From assembly GCA_025603075.1 (NCBI GenBank), contig MU626331.1, positions 31,758-95,757 of the forward strand: DNA of 64,000 nt. The letters run 5' to 3'. Origin of the DNA: Neoconidiobolus thromboides FSU 785 (lineage: Eukaryota; Fungi; Entomophthoromycota). A program made the translations under genes and the position numbers. This document shows, one piece after another, positions 49,796 to 63,618 of the stretch. Within the stretch, counting starts at the first letter, position 1. The number at the start of each line of letters is the position of its first letter. The notes beneath the pieces are model-generated. The model did not search any database, was not told the origin of the DNA, and was given only the letters and a program-made list of their open reading frames with translations.

Positions 49796-52036
49796 TCGCT
49801 TATATGCTAGTCTAAAGGTACATTTGTAAATAAAAAAATTATGTTTGATTGATTCGAATTTTTGCTTAAGTAGGGCCAAGTTCAAGTCTAACTTATATAA
49901 GATTTTGGTCCAATTTAGGTGATTTCAATGTTGTTAGATCTTACTTTATCTTAATATTATTTTAGAACTAAATCTCTTATTATTTATGACTATAAATAAA
50001 AGCTAAAGCTAAAGCTACAAAATTTATCTAAGGTAAAGTCATTTATATAAAAGATATTTTAGCATATTTATACTACTCGAATTACTTTTAATAGTAATTA
50101 TGTTGTTATAATAATACAAAAAGGAATAAATAAATGATTAACACAGTAATAATGCTTATAATGTTAATTCATACTATTGTTACAACAAAGGATATTAACA
50201 CATCTACAACAAAGAGTTAATTGAAAGATAGTCATGTAAGTAATTAAAAAACTCTAATCCAAATTTTTACTTGATCTTTACTATGGTTTTATTCTGATTG
50301 AAATTTTTTAGAATGAGGTAGACTCACTATTGACGCTCAAAAAGTTAAGACAATAAAGCTAACTGTTATTTTAATAATAGATAATGTTGAGCATTTTTAC
50401 GTAAGTATTTTTCAGTAGTATTTTGTACTATTCTATTCAATCTTGCTGATGCTATTAACCAAAGATCAATAAAATGAAGTTCTCTATTTTTTAGGATTCA
50501 TTTTATAGCTTTAATTTTAAAAATATACCTTGTCACATTACTTGATCATCAACCTTACTGTGTAGCATCATCCGTTACTACCACAAAACTTATGAAATTG
50601 ATCTTAATATTAAAATAAAAATCTTACTAAACTCATTTAATAAAAGTAATAGAATCTATCAATGTTATCTCTGCATTCCTCGTCCCTGATTTTTTTGGCC
50701 AAGAACCAATTTTTGATAATACATTATGCTATTTTAAGGCAATAATAGTTCATCATTATTACTATTTTATAATATCTTATTAAAGTAATGACTCAATTTA
50801 GTTATGAATGTTGATCGTTTTTTTATACAGACTATGATTATCCATTTAAGATTTCGGCTTTTATAATTAGATTAATGGTGCTTTAAAAAATGAGGTAGTT
50901 TCATTCAAGTATAGGTGGTAATTGGTGGGGTATTTGAGTCTGATGGAGGTGAAATATGTACTTTGAAGGATAAATAGATAGCTAATTAATTTCTAATTGT
51001 TTCAAAAGAATGTTAAAAATATAACGATCTGTAGCTATTAAACAATATAAGAGAAGCTCAAGCTTATAATATAAGACAAGCTGTACTCAACAAATGATTA
51101 GTATCCAAATTTACCATAGAAATTTCTAAAAATAAAAACAAAAATATTAAGTCGGCTTAATGTGGCATATTAATAGAATATTTGTTAAATAGAACTAAAA
51201 ATAAGTTTCTAAAGTATAATATCTTCTATAGTATTTGAGTTCTAATTAAATTTATTCGCTTAATTCGAAATTAATAAAGATCACAGTGGTCATTATTTTT
51301 TGATATTTTTCAAGTTTTCCGCTTTTGATTCATTTAGTATTATTTGGGGTTAAAATTCAAGTTTAAAAAAAGGATTTGATTTTAAGAAAAGTTCATATTA
51401 AGGGGGGAAATAGAATATTAAAAATTATGGGGAAAAAAAGAGGTAGTTATATCATAGTATGATAGAATAAATAATAGTTTGATTTTTTTAACTCTTGTGT
51501 TAGATGCTTTATAACTAAGTATATTTTTACTTATAGAGTTACCTTGACTTCTACAAATCGTACCATCTTATCTAGCTACTATTTTATTTTATATAGTAAA
51601 AATTAAGGATACAATTATCTTCAATGCCAAGAAAGGCAATTAAATGAACCCAACTAATGAAACGTGGGAAATCAAATTTTAAATTATAAAACTTGAAAGA
51701 CAAAATTAGAATCAAGTGCCTGTGTTTTTAACTTCTTAAAGTAAAGCTTATTTTTTTATTAAAAAATAGTATGATGTTATTGAGATTTTATTTAATAAAC
51801 AATTTCATTATCGTTCAGTTTTAGTTGATTTTATAAAATCATTATTTGAATGATCTATTAAATTTAAACATACGTTTTAACTTTTATTTAAAATTTTCAA
51901 CCATCTTACGATTAAGTTGTGTTATAAGAAACATCAAGCTTTAATTGGTTAAAATTTATTTCAACTTCAAATATATAAAGGACAAAAGAAAGTAAGTTTA
52001 GATTTAAATTTAAATTCTATTTTATTTTATTTTTTA

Positions 52037-52714
52037 ATGTTTAGTTATTTAAAAGAGATCAAAAATCAACATCAGCCGGATTATCATGGACATAATATTA
52101 ACGAAAAAAAGTTTAAGAGGAAGTTGAGCTATAATTCACAAGCTCATTTAAACAATTACATAATTAAAGACTTGACCACAAGTAGCATTTATGTTTATAA
52201 ACCTATGGTAGCGCCAATACAACAATTTAAAATCGTTAGTAGTATAGACAATAAAAAAGAGAAACTCTATTCAATCTATTCTAATGAAAAAAGGATCTTA
52301 TTTAATTTGCATTTTTATAATAAAAAATATGCTATTTTAACTGATACATATCAGCTACCTTTAGGTAAAATACAAAACAAAAGTTTTTTTCGTAGGAAAA
52401 GTTTTAAAGTCATGTTAGCTATACCAGAATTAACTTTTTGTAATTTGAGAATTCAAATATTACCAACTTTATTTAAACGCAATACTCCATTTAAGTTATG
52501 TATTAAAAACTTGGATGATAAACAAGAAATGATTTACTATTGGACTTATAAACAAAATCAATGGAATTTAATATGCTCTAAGCAACCAGAGTTTATATTA
52601 GCTAGTTATGATTTCTCAGTTGATAATACAGTCAATTTTTATTATTCCCTTCCCAATGAACTTACAACCTTATTTTTGTTCTCCTCCTCATTTTTATTGT
52701 TTAGAAAGAAATAA
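52037..52714 (+). CDS. Uncharacterised beta-rich family member 3 (N-terminally extended)
   Basis: 225-aa ORF with LPLGKI, YYWTY, PEFIL and NELTTLFLFSSSFLLFR, matching members 1 and 2. Confidence 0.75.
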   Translation: MFSYLKEIKNQHQPDYHGHNINEKKFKRKLSYNSQAHLNNYIIKDLTTSSIYVYKPMVAPIQQFKIVSSIDNKKEKLYSIYSNEKRILFNLHFYNKKYAILTDTYQLPLGKIQNKSFFRRKSFKVMLAIPELTFCNLRIQILPTLFKRNTPFKLCIKNLDDKQEMIYYWTYKQNQWNLICSKQPEFILASYDFSVDNTVNFYYSLPNELTTLFLFSSSFLLFRKK

Positions 52715-54096
52715 GCTTATGTTTTTTTCCACTCCTTTCTTTATTTAATCTCCTTTCTTCTCTTTATACTTCATCTTCTTCATTTCTTTTTTAATAAAAA
52801 GTTGATTCTTTTACCACTATTTCATAAATTATTTGATTTACTTTTTCTTTCTCCCATGTAATATAGTTCTTGGCCTATTTTTTTAATCATGATTTTGATT
52901 ACTTTTTATGGCTTAGTTGAATTACAGTTTAATATATCTTCTAAGTACCTTTCAACCAACATTTAGAAATCCTTAATTAACCTTATTATTACACTTACTT
53001 TAATAAATAACCTTATTTTCTATTATTCAATTTGGCTAAATTATTGTTAGAGTAGTTAATTAGTCGTGTTATTATTCTTCCTTTTCTATAATAAGTTTTA
53101 TTAATTTATGATTGTAATTTTTATTTTCTTTTATTTCACACTCAACTATACGGTTGGTTGATGGGTACTAATTTATTAAATGAAATAGCATTTACTACAT
53201 ATAAATGTATAGTTATTAAAACGGGCAAAAAGTATACGTTTAAATACATAAAAAATTCAGTTGTATGTTGGTTGGTGGGTACTATTGTTTATTTTATTTA
53301 AAAAAAGAAATAGCATTTACTGTATATATCAGTATAAACATTATAATAATTCAACCTTATATAAATAAATGAAGAGCATAAAGATACATATATAACATTA
53401 TTAAAATAAATTAAAATAAATCAAAATATATAATTAGTTTAAAGTGCTTACCAAAATAAATCATTTATCAACATAAAGAGAATATATTTTATTTATAATA
53501 AGCAAAAATAAACAAACACAAATACTTCAACTATAACAACTTAGTTTGACCAGTCAATAAACCCAGTGGATCTTGTATACATATTAAGGAATAAAGCTCA
53601 ACTTTATTATTTTTTATTCAAGTTTCTTAATAACTTTACTTTTAAAAAAGTTATTAATATTAAAATTACTACTATTGATATATAAAGTGGTATGATTTCT
53701 TATACACTTAGAAAACAACTACGATTATCACTACGAATCTAAATATAAAACATAAAAGATTTAAGTTACATAGCAACAAAAACTAAATATTACTATCATT
53801 TAAAATCGAAACTTAAAAATATGAGAATGTTTTTTATCAATTACCCTTTTTTACACTTTTTTAATTTAGGAATTAGATCAATCCAATCGTCTAAGTTCAA
53901 ATATGCACCGATTAGTGATAAATTTCACAATTGGTTATTTGTATTATTGTGCTAGCTTGTCACTTATGCTTAATTTTTATTTTAGTAGTTAGCTAGCACA
54001 ATTCCTTTGAACAAACTGTACTGATTAAAGCTCCTTAGATTTTAAAAAAGTAACAAATTGTTAAAAATATTTTCACCTTAACGTGAAAAAGGATAA

Positions 54097-54169
54097 AGCC
54101 CAACGCGGGGGTCGAACCCGCAACCTTGAGATTAAGAGTCTCACGCTCTGCCGATTGAGCTAGCCAGGC
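54097..54169 (-). tRNA. tRNA-Lys (CTT)
   Basis: GCCTGGC/GTTGGGC acceptor, TGAGA-CT CTT AA-TCTCA anticodon arm, GGTTCGACCCC T-loop, T5 shortly downstream. Confidence 0.96.
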
Positions 54170-54719
54170 AATTTATTGTTAACAATATGTACAATAAAGT
54201 ATAAAATACTAATATTTTCGTTGATTGAGTGACTGTTAAAAATCATACAGTGTCATTTTACCTATAAAAATTATAATGGTACACTTAGCTAATAATCAAT
54301 AATCAAATGTCTATTATATAATTTGTTAATGATATAATATTTTTATTTAATGTAAATATGAGCATAACAAAAGTACTGAAGTTCTAAATTTTAATTGGTA
54401 TATTAAATAACTAAATTTAACCAAATTCAATTTTATATTAACTTTGTGCTTTAGTTATAAACTAATTTACTAATTTAACTTGGTGTCTTTGTTAAATATA
54501 TTTATTACTCAAATTTGAAGTAGAGAATAATGGGGCAAAAAATTATTTCACTTGAAGCATTCTATATAGCAACATCATGAAAACAATTAAAATTAATACA
54601 TACTACTATCCTATTAAATGAAAATGATGTTGATTGAGATAATCTAAAACCATAGAATAGACTTACCATATTCATAATAAAAAGCAAACAAGATACTTTC
54701 TCATCTATTTAATAACAAT

Positions 54720-55695
54720 TTAATCAATAATTTGAGGAGCATTATGTCGGTAAGCAAAATATTGACCAAAGATCTGATAAATGTTAGTAAAGATTTCAAA
54801 AACTAATTAAAAACTAAAAATACTATAAAGTCAAAAATAAAAGGTAAGGCGGCACCAACAAGCCATGGTAAATTAAGTAACAAATATTTTTTTGATTGAT
54901 CAAATATAACAATCGACTAAAAAATATTAGGATGAAAAAATAAATTATGGAAATAGTCATGATTACCAAAATATAAGTCAAATTTCCCATACAGCAAAAG
55001 AAAAACATAAGCATGGATAAACCTTCGGTTGATTTACGTTTAAAATTATGATAGATTTGTGGTATTTTAGCTAAGCAGAACAAAAAGGCAGAAATCCAGC
55101 CGCAAGCTTGTGCCCACCAAACGACTTCCATTTCACTTTCTATACCAATTTCCTTATTGGAGCCCATGAATAATAGGACTAAAAATACAATTGGGAGTAT
55201 ACATTTAAACTTGGTAGTTGTTGGAGTTATAATGGTATGTGAACTTGGTGATTGATGTTCATGAATGGAATTATAAGAAAAAGAACCAACTAAAGATTCA
55301 TTATTATCAGTGGTATTAATTAAAATTGGTGTAGTCTCTATAATATTTTCTTGTTGAATAACATTGTTATGTGACTCAATTAATTTATCATTATAACTAT
55401 AATAAGCAATTTGTCCAAGGAGGAAGACATCACTAAATATAAAGTATATAGGTAGCAAAACAACAGTTAAGATTAAATGCTGATAAATAGATCCAATAAG
55501 GTTGAAAACGTCACCTAAAGACCAAAACAAAATAAAATAAAAGGATAGTGAAGCAGCGGACTTATTCTTATAATTCTCATAAATTTGAGGTAAAAAAACA
55601 ACAATCCAACAAAAGATTGATAGATAACCAAAGCTTAGAGATAATAATAAGTTGGCTTGCGGGGCAATTACTAGATGTAAAGTTCTTATTAGCAT
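54720..55695 (-). CDS. PQ-loop vacuolar/lysosomal cationic amino-acid transporter (Ypq/PQLC2-like), at least 3 exons
   Basis: Two PQ motifs: CWIVVFLPQIYENY...LSFYF...GD and AKIPQIYHNFKRKSTEGLS. Spliced 3' end gives LPWLVGA...FDF. The start codon is uncertain. Confidence 0.88.
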
Positions 55696-56283
55696 TGATA
55701 TAAAGAATGAGTAAGGAAAAAACAAATTTTTTAATTTAATGCTTGAGAAATTTTGTCATGCAATTTCATCACTTTCTCCAATCACATTTGAATTCTCGAG
55801 TGGCATTAAACCTGTTCTATTTCTACTTATTTATTAAATCAACACGTTATATTAGAAAGATGCTTGATTAATTAAAATTTATATTACTCATTAGTCATTC
55901 AATTTATTTATCATTTTTCATATATTAAACGTTATTTAATAAACTTATATTTTGTATATTTTAAACAATAACTATATCAATTTATAGTAAATAGAAATCT
56001 GGCATAATATTTTAAAACATGAGTATAAAAGGATAGTGCATAAAATAGGCAAAAATTCAAACCTGTAAAATGATGGAGCATAATTTAGAACATTAAAAAT
56101 CCAGGCAAATCTAAGCTCGCTTTTTGAATGTCCAATGATAAAGGTTAGAGGGGGAGGAAATGATTCACCAATCAGATGACTGATTTAGATTATAGTTTCA
56201 TTGATTGGGCCGGGTTGACCAAAGTAGATAAAAATGATAAAATGGGGAAAACATTATAAGTTCCATCTTTTTCAAAAGTGATA

Positions 56284-57091
<808 letters not shown>

Positions 57092-58428
57092 TTTTTTTAA
57101 GCTTTGCAAGCACTTGATTTAACTAAAAACCACGATATTGATTAATCAATAACTCTTTCCACTCTTCCTCTTTTTATATCTAGTCACCTAATTCTTAATA
57201 TTAATTTTATATCATCAACTTTTATGTTTTTTGGATTTCTTTTGTTTTTTATTTTGAGTTCGAAACAGTTCAATATACGCTTTTGTTAGTTTTATTTTTA
57301 TATCTCTTTAATACATAATTATATGCTTCAATTTAGGTGTTTTATTAGAAAAGTGGTAATAGTTTTTTAAAATTAAGAAAATATTTTGTTTTGAAGCTGA
57401 TATAATTCTTTCAATTTAATTATATAGATGATCTTATTTTTACAACTCTTTACATTACTAATCAAAAATAGGTATTGCCATCTTAGACTTTCAAAGTCTA
57501 AGTATTTAATTAAATTAATTTGATAGAATTGGGAGTAAATACGTAAAAAAAAGTTGAGATATAACAAATATACTATTTCACTAATCATGATTTACTATAG
57601 TTCATGAAAATTTCAAATATTTTTGGATATGCTAAAGTGATTACTAATTTTATTTGATAAAGAAAATATCATTAATTATTACTAAAGTCATAATGGCTAA
57701 CAGTATTTTTTTTATGCTCATGAAGAAGCTATTGCTTCCCAATGATTTATTTATTAGAGCAAAAAAAACAAAGGGAGGAACTGAGGAGAGAAAGAGAGGA
57801 TGTTACGATCCTTCTTAGTCTTACTAAGTCTTACCACTACAAAATCGAAATCATCCTTCCAAGCTATTTGTCACTCAATAAAAAAGGGATAAAAAGTAAG
57901 ATTTATTGACCCTAGCAATATCAAATTTTAAAAAAAATTAAAAAAATTAAGACAGATATATTTTTATAATCTTTAAATATTCTTTAGTGTTATTAAGGAA
58001 GTATTTAATTATATAATATTAAAAGGATTACATAATGTTAATTTTGAAAATTACAGATTGCATATGATTAAGGCAAAAAAATGCCATTATTGCGTAATAT
58101 TGAAAATAGTAAAATAACTCCCACCATGCTAGTTCTTATAATACTTTGTTATAATATTACTAGGTCTTTTTTAAAATAACGATTCTTTCTTTAAATTTAC
58201 ACATTGAAGGATTTTGAGCACATTATTAGAATGAGTATTTTAGTATTGTATACAAAATTATAAAAAACGTTTTTTCAAATATGCAATATTCTTCAAACAT
58301 TTTCTAGGTTCTTATAAATTTCTAGAGAATAATTACTTAATATTTGGAATAAATATAACCTTAATTTGAATACATAGAACTTTTGTAGTCATATCAAAAA
58401 AAAATTCTTTTTAAAACTTATCTAAATA

Positions 58429-59802
58429 ATGAGTTCAAAATTTGACACTTTACCAGATATATTGTTGGAAGAGATATTCAAATTAATCAGCCCAATAAAA
58501 TTATTTGAATATCGTTTATTGAATAAAACTTTATATAGAGTCATCAATCATAGTATTGAGTATAACTTAACTCACTCAGTTTATAGTAATACATATGAAA
58601 ATTATCAGCAAGCATTTATCAAAGAAAAAGGATCAATGGTAAGCCATTTAAACTTAAATGAAGACAACATTGAGTTAATTAATTATTGTCTAAATGTACG
58701 TTCAATAACTTTTGTTAATAATCATACCAATAATCTTGAAATTGGCAGATTAACAGTGGGTCTCCCATATTTAAAATCAATTGCTATACTAATTTTCGAA
58801 GACAATCAACTATGTTTGAACCTTTTTGAGTCTTACTTACTACAAATTGAAACCTTTACAATCAGCTATTATAAAGGAAGTATCGAAACTCTAATTGGGT
58901 ACTTGAGTCCATTAAATTTGAAGCGTATTAAGCTATATAATTATTATTGTAGGAGTATTGTAGGATTAGATCAGCTTAAAGTAAAGTTTGGTAATTTAAA
59001 ATTATTAAAAATATCAGGTTACATTCATTGTGTATCTAGTAATAGTAACCCCAACATTAATTTTAATCAAGACTTGAATCTAGTATTGAAATGTAATTTA
59101 GATCCTGATTTCAATATTAGTTCTTTTGGTGATTTGAAGGTATTAAAAAGCGCAAAGTTAATTACTTACACTTCCAAAATAAACGAGTGTAATTTTGAAG
59201 CAATCAAGCATAGCAATATCCATACTTTAAGTTTAGGTGAATCGGATATATTAAGTAAAAAGGATTTTACAGCACTTTATACTCTGAAATCGATATATTA
59301 TTACGATAAAGTATCAAAAGACATAATAAGATTACTTTCCTTAATGTTAAATGTCACTAGGGTTGTTTTTTATAGAGTAGATTTCAGCAATGATAAATTT
59401 ATACTTAATGAATTTGGCCTTAACAATAGTAAGCTAAGTAATAGTGAATACTATAAACAGCCAGTCAATCAAACTAACTTAATTCAGTGTAAGTCGATTA
59501 CAAAAATAAAAATTCAGTTTCTTACCTCTTCGCTTCAAAATTTATTTTATTTCCTTGTGTTGTTTCCAAATGTTAATAAACTTAGGATAAGTGATGATTT
59601 TCAAATTTTAGAAATTGGGGAAGAAATTAGAGATAAGCCCAATAAACCTTTATATTTCACATTTCGCGACTATCTTGGCTATTTACCACATAACGTTGAG
59701 CTTTTTTATAGTAGATTAAATTCAATAGCAATGCTGACTTGGTTTAATCTTGATACTGTTGATGAAGGGATAGAGCCGTATCGAGGTAATAAATATGATT
59801 AA
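58429..59802 (+). CDS. F-box protein with degenerate leucine-rich (RNI-like) repeats
   Basis: N-terminal FDTLPDILLEEIFKLI...YRLLNKTL F-box pattern followed by LxxLxI repeats (LKSIAI, LKRIKL, LKLLKI, VNKLRI). Confidence 0.75.
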   Translation: MSSKFDTLPDILLEEIFKLISPIKLFEYRLLNKTLYRVINHSIEYNLTHSVYSNTYENYQQAFIKEKGSMVSHLNLNEDNIELINYCLNVRSITFVNNHTNNLEIGRLTVGLPYLKSIAILIFEDNQLCLNLFESYLLQIETFTISYYKGSIETLIGYLSPLNLKRIKLYNYYCRSIVGLDQLKVKFGNLKLLKISGYIHCVSSNSNPNINFNQDLNLVLKCNLDPDFNISSFGDLKVLKSAKLITYTSKINECNFEAIKHSNIHTLSLGESDILSKKDFTALYTLKSIYYYDKVSKDIIRLLSLMLNVTRVVFYRVDFSNDKFILNEFGLNNSKLSNSEYYKQPVNQTNLIQCKSITKIKIQFLTSSLQNLFYFLVLFPNVNKLRISDDFQILEIGEEIRDKPNKPLYFTFRDYLGYLPHNVELFYSRLNSIAMLTWFNLDTVDEGIEPYRGNKYD

Positions 59803-61268
59803 TCGATTCGTTTCTAATAAAAAATTTATAGGAGAAGAAAAGGAAAAGACTGATGGCGTATTCTCTCATTTTTTTAATATTTTATACCAAATGGTTATGC
59901 AATGTTTTAATCAATAATTTAATTCTTACAATATAATATTGAAATATCATCTTTATAAAGTTATAACATTACATTTAGATGAATATCATTTGTTTTAAAT
60001 TTTTAATGAATTAAAAAGCTTAATTCATCTTTTATCCAAATAAAAAGTTAATCCTTTTTATGAAAAGTAAATTCTATATGGTTTATAGCAATTAAAGTAT
60101 TTTAATTTTAATTTCTTTTATTTCTTTTTAATTTCCCTAATTTTTAATCTCAAGGAATTGATCAGCTTATTCAAAAAAAACAGCCTTTATTTTCTCGATA
60201 TTTTGCTTAAAATTTACCTTTTTCAAAAAAAAATTAAAAGCGTTAATGGGCACTCTAGTGCTTTATTGTTGTTAGTAAATTGAAAGTACAAGAAACTGGA
60301 CAGCGGAAGCTACAATTTGTTTTTTTAATAGAAATTCGGAAAAAAGTTAAGCCTTGGGTTTAAACTTATCCGTATTAATATTTCAAATATTAATAAAAGT
60401 TCATAAAAACCTAAATCTCTAAAAATAAGAAATATTTGTATCCATTCAATCATCTTTTAATAAGCTTCCACTACTTACTAATATTTTCTATACTCAGCTC
60501 ATGTACTGATATCCTAAATAGTCTAATATGATTATTATATAAAATCTATTTAATAATATCATGTTTAATTAAATGATTATAAGATCCCCAATTTTACTTC
60601 ATGTTTTTAAAAGTTTCTTGTTTCAAATATGGAAGTTCTATTTTTATCTTAAGGCAATATATATGGTATATAGGATTTCTAACTATGTATAAATTAGCTT
60701 TATAGCGTAACTATTGACTAAACTTATAATATTAAAGCTTTAAAACTAGTATGTCAGGTAGAGTGCTCGCTTTTGAAACAGGAACTCGAATTTTAATCAA
60801 GGACAGTTTAATATTATTTAGTGGTTCAATTACTGTGAATTAATATTTGATAAATCGAAAGACTGGTATTTTTATAACTATAAGAAAAGTTAGCGGGTTT
60901 GAATTAATTTAAATATATTAGATTAATTATAGAGATGTTAAAAAATGTAGAAAGAAAATAATAAGTAAGGTACAAAAAGGGTGTTAAATAAACAACAAAG
61001 AATAAAGTAATATATTTACCTCCAAACATAATGAATGTTAATAAACTATTTTTAGTTCGCAATAGTAAATGAAAATAGTTAGTAAGGTGCATCACGTTAC
61101 CTAAAAAATATATAAACAATCGAACAGGAAAGCTTTGATATATCAAATTCAAATAGTTATAGATTTATCTCCGGGCGAGTTAAATTGAAACATATATTTT
61201 AATATAAGAGGCATCAGCGATACTTTTAATTAGATTAATTACAAACATAAACTCCATCTTAACTCAAT

Positions 61269-62369
61269 ATGAAATTAGCCAACATTTTAACCACCTTTAT
61301 TGTCACTATGGTTGCCATTGAAGCTATGCCAGTAGAACGTCGTACTTTTGGTTTACTTAATGAGTTTAATGTTTTGAAGAATGTCCTTGGTGGTTATAAG
61401 AAACCAACTGGAACTCCTAAAAACGACTCTCATAATGATAGTCACAATAACAGCAATACTAATAATAGTAACAATACCACTAATAACAATAAGAACACTA
61501 CTAATAACAATAACAACACTACTAACAACAATAGTAACACTACTAATAATAATAACAATGTTACTAATAACAATAACAATGTTGTCAATAACCGTAATGA
61601 TGTTGTAAACAACAATACTAATGTTGTTAATAATCGTAACAGTGTCACTAACAACAATAGCAATACTATTAATAATAGTAACTCTGTAACTAACAACAAT
61701 AGCAATACCATCAACAATAACAATAGTGTAAATAATAACAACGTTAATAACGTAAACACCTCAAACACCTCGAACAATACTAACACTAACAATATTACCA
61801 ACAACTCTTCTAACAACAACACTAACAACTCCTCTAACAACAGCACTAACAACTCCTCTAACAATAACACTAACAACTCCTCTAACAATAACACTAACAA
61901 CTCCTCTAACAACAGCACTAACAACTCCTCTAACAATAACACTAACAACTCCTCTAACAACAGCACTAACAACTCCTCTAACAATAACACTAACAACTCC
62001 TCTAACAACTCCTCGAATAATAACTCTTCCAACAATAACTCTTCTAACAACTCTTCTAACAACTCTTCTAACAACTCTTCTAATAGTACCTCTAAAGACT
62101 CATCCTCTAACAACTCTTCTAACAATACCTCGAACAGCTCTTCTAACGACTCTTCTACCAAGAACTCTAATGACAGCTCTTCTAGTAATAACTCCTCCAA
62201 CTCCTCCAATAGCTCCTCTAGCTCAAGCGAGTCTTCTAACAGCTCTTCTAAGAACTCCTCTAGCTCTTCTAAGAACTCCTCTAGTTCAAGCGAAACTAGC
62301 AGCACTTCAATGGATGGAGATGCAGTTAAAAATGGACGTAAGGTTTATTCATTTGACGACATGAATTAG
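61269..62369 (+). CDS. Secreted Asn/Ser-rich low-complexity protein with post-Kex2 amphipathic motif
   Basis: Signal peptide, VERR dibasic site, TFGLLNEFNVLKNVLGGYKK, then about 300 aa of N/S/T repeats. Confidence 0.85.
   Translation: MKLANILTTFIVTMVAIEAMPVERRTFGLLNEFNVLKNVLGGYKKPTGTPKNDSHNDSHNNSNTNNSNNTTNNNKNTTNNNNNTTNNNSNTTNNNNNVTNNNNNVVNNRNDVVNNNTNVVNNRNSVTNNNSNTINNSNSVTNNNSNTINNNNSVNNNNVNNVNTSNTSNNTNTNNITNNSSNNNTNNSSNNSTNNSSNNNTNNSSNNNTNNSSNNSTNNSSNNNTNNSSNNSTNNSSNNNTNNSSNNSSNNNSSNNNSSNNSSNNSSNNSSNSTSKDSSSNNSSNNTSNSSSNDSSTKNSNDSSSSNNSSNSSNSSSSSSESSNSSSKNSSSSSKNSSSSSETSSTSMDGDAVKNGRKVYSFDDMN
61800..62006 (+). repeat. 24-bp coding tandem repeat, about 8.5 copies (NNSSNN(N/S)T)
   Basis: aacaactcctctaacaa(c/t)a(a/g)cact repeated head to tail. 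Confidence 0.93.
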
Positions 62370-63618
62370 TCAAAGTTGAAAGAAAGATTAGCTTCATAAA
62401 ACGAATTTATAATATTTCGAAATAAATATAGTATTAAGAACATTTTTATACTTTTTATATTTAGCTATATTTTTACTTTTTTAATATATTTTTAAAAGGT
62501 AATGCTACTTTATTAGCTAAAATTAATAGCATCAAAAAACATAAATACTTGGTAAACCGTAAAAGGTTAATGGCATCGAGCTTTGTTTGTGGTAAAATAA
62601 GGTAAATCCATTAAAGCTTTTATGGCGAATGGAAATGGATGAGAGTCGCCTCATAAATAAGATCTAAAGTAACAAGTCTAAACCCACTTTTGTCGATTTA
62701 GTAATAACTTTAAGCTGGGGTACTTACAGATTTATATTTGCTTAGATTTATAGGATGTTTTTTGGACTAAAGCATATTTTTAAAAAAGCAGTTTGTTGCT
62801 TGTTATAAACTCAATAGGAGTTTCTTTAGATAAATTTATGGCTTTTTAATAGGTCCATGATGATAATAATAGCTCTTTCTAGTTTTTTTCAACGGCTAAA
62901 GCTATTTTGGCACTACATCATCTTTATTTTTTAAGCTAAAGCAATCTTATAAAAATATTGTAAAACTTATACTAATGCTAATATAATTGAAACTATTAGT
63001 CTCAAAGCGGACTCTTTAATTTGATAGTGTTATTTATAGGAGATAACTATCCAAATGAACTAATATTTACATAGACTATATTGAAGTTCAAATTCTTGTT
63101 CCAGGGATTTACAATTGGATAATTGAATGGGAATCTTTATTGGCAGTGATCAAACTATAAAATCGAAGTTGCTTATAAATATTACAAATAATATAGTTAA
63201 CGTGATAATTCGTTTAATTTATTCTTTAAACTACCAAATGAGGCAAAAATTATAGAAAATAATATAATGTGAGATCAACTATTTAACCACATAAAAATTT
63301 AAAAACTAAATTAAAATAAAACAGAGCTATTATTCAAAACTATCTTTTAAACATAATAAATATTTAAAAATAGAATGATAAGGTTAAAAATAACAAATAA
63401 AAGGAACTGTTACCACAAAAAACGAATTGACACATGCTACTTATCAATTAATTATAAAAGCAATGGGTTTATAATGCTATGATTGCTATATCCAATATAC
63501 ATAGGAAGATATAAATACCCAAAGTTAGTAAGAAAGACCAAAAACATAATCATCTTATTTCCTCCAGGTGAGAAAGTAATAAACTCGTGAATAATAGTAA
63601 ATCAATTTAAAAGTCAAA

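Noticed and set aside
54097-54097. U73 discriminator in tRNA-Lys(CTT)
   Set aside because: Budding-yeast tRNA-Lys(CUU) also has U73, so this is not anomalous for a fungus.
61442-62305. 287-aa Leu/Glu/Val-rich ORF on the minus strand
   Set aside because: Antisense shadow of the AAC/TCT repeats of the secreted gene; such repeats lack stops on the opposite strand. It has no independent features.
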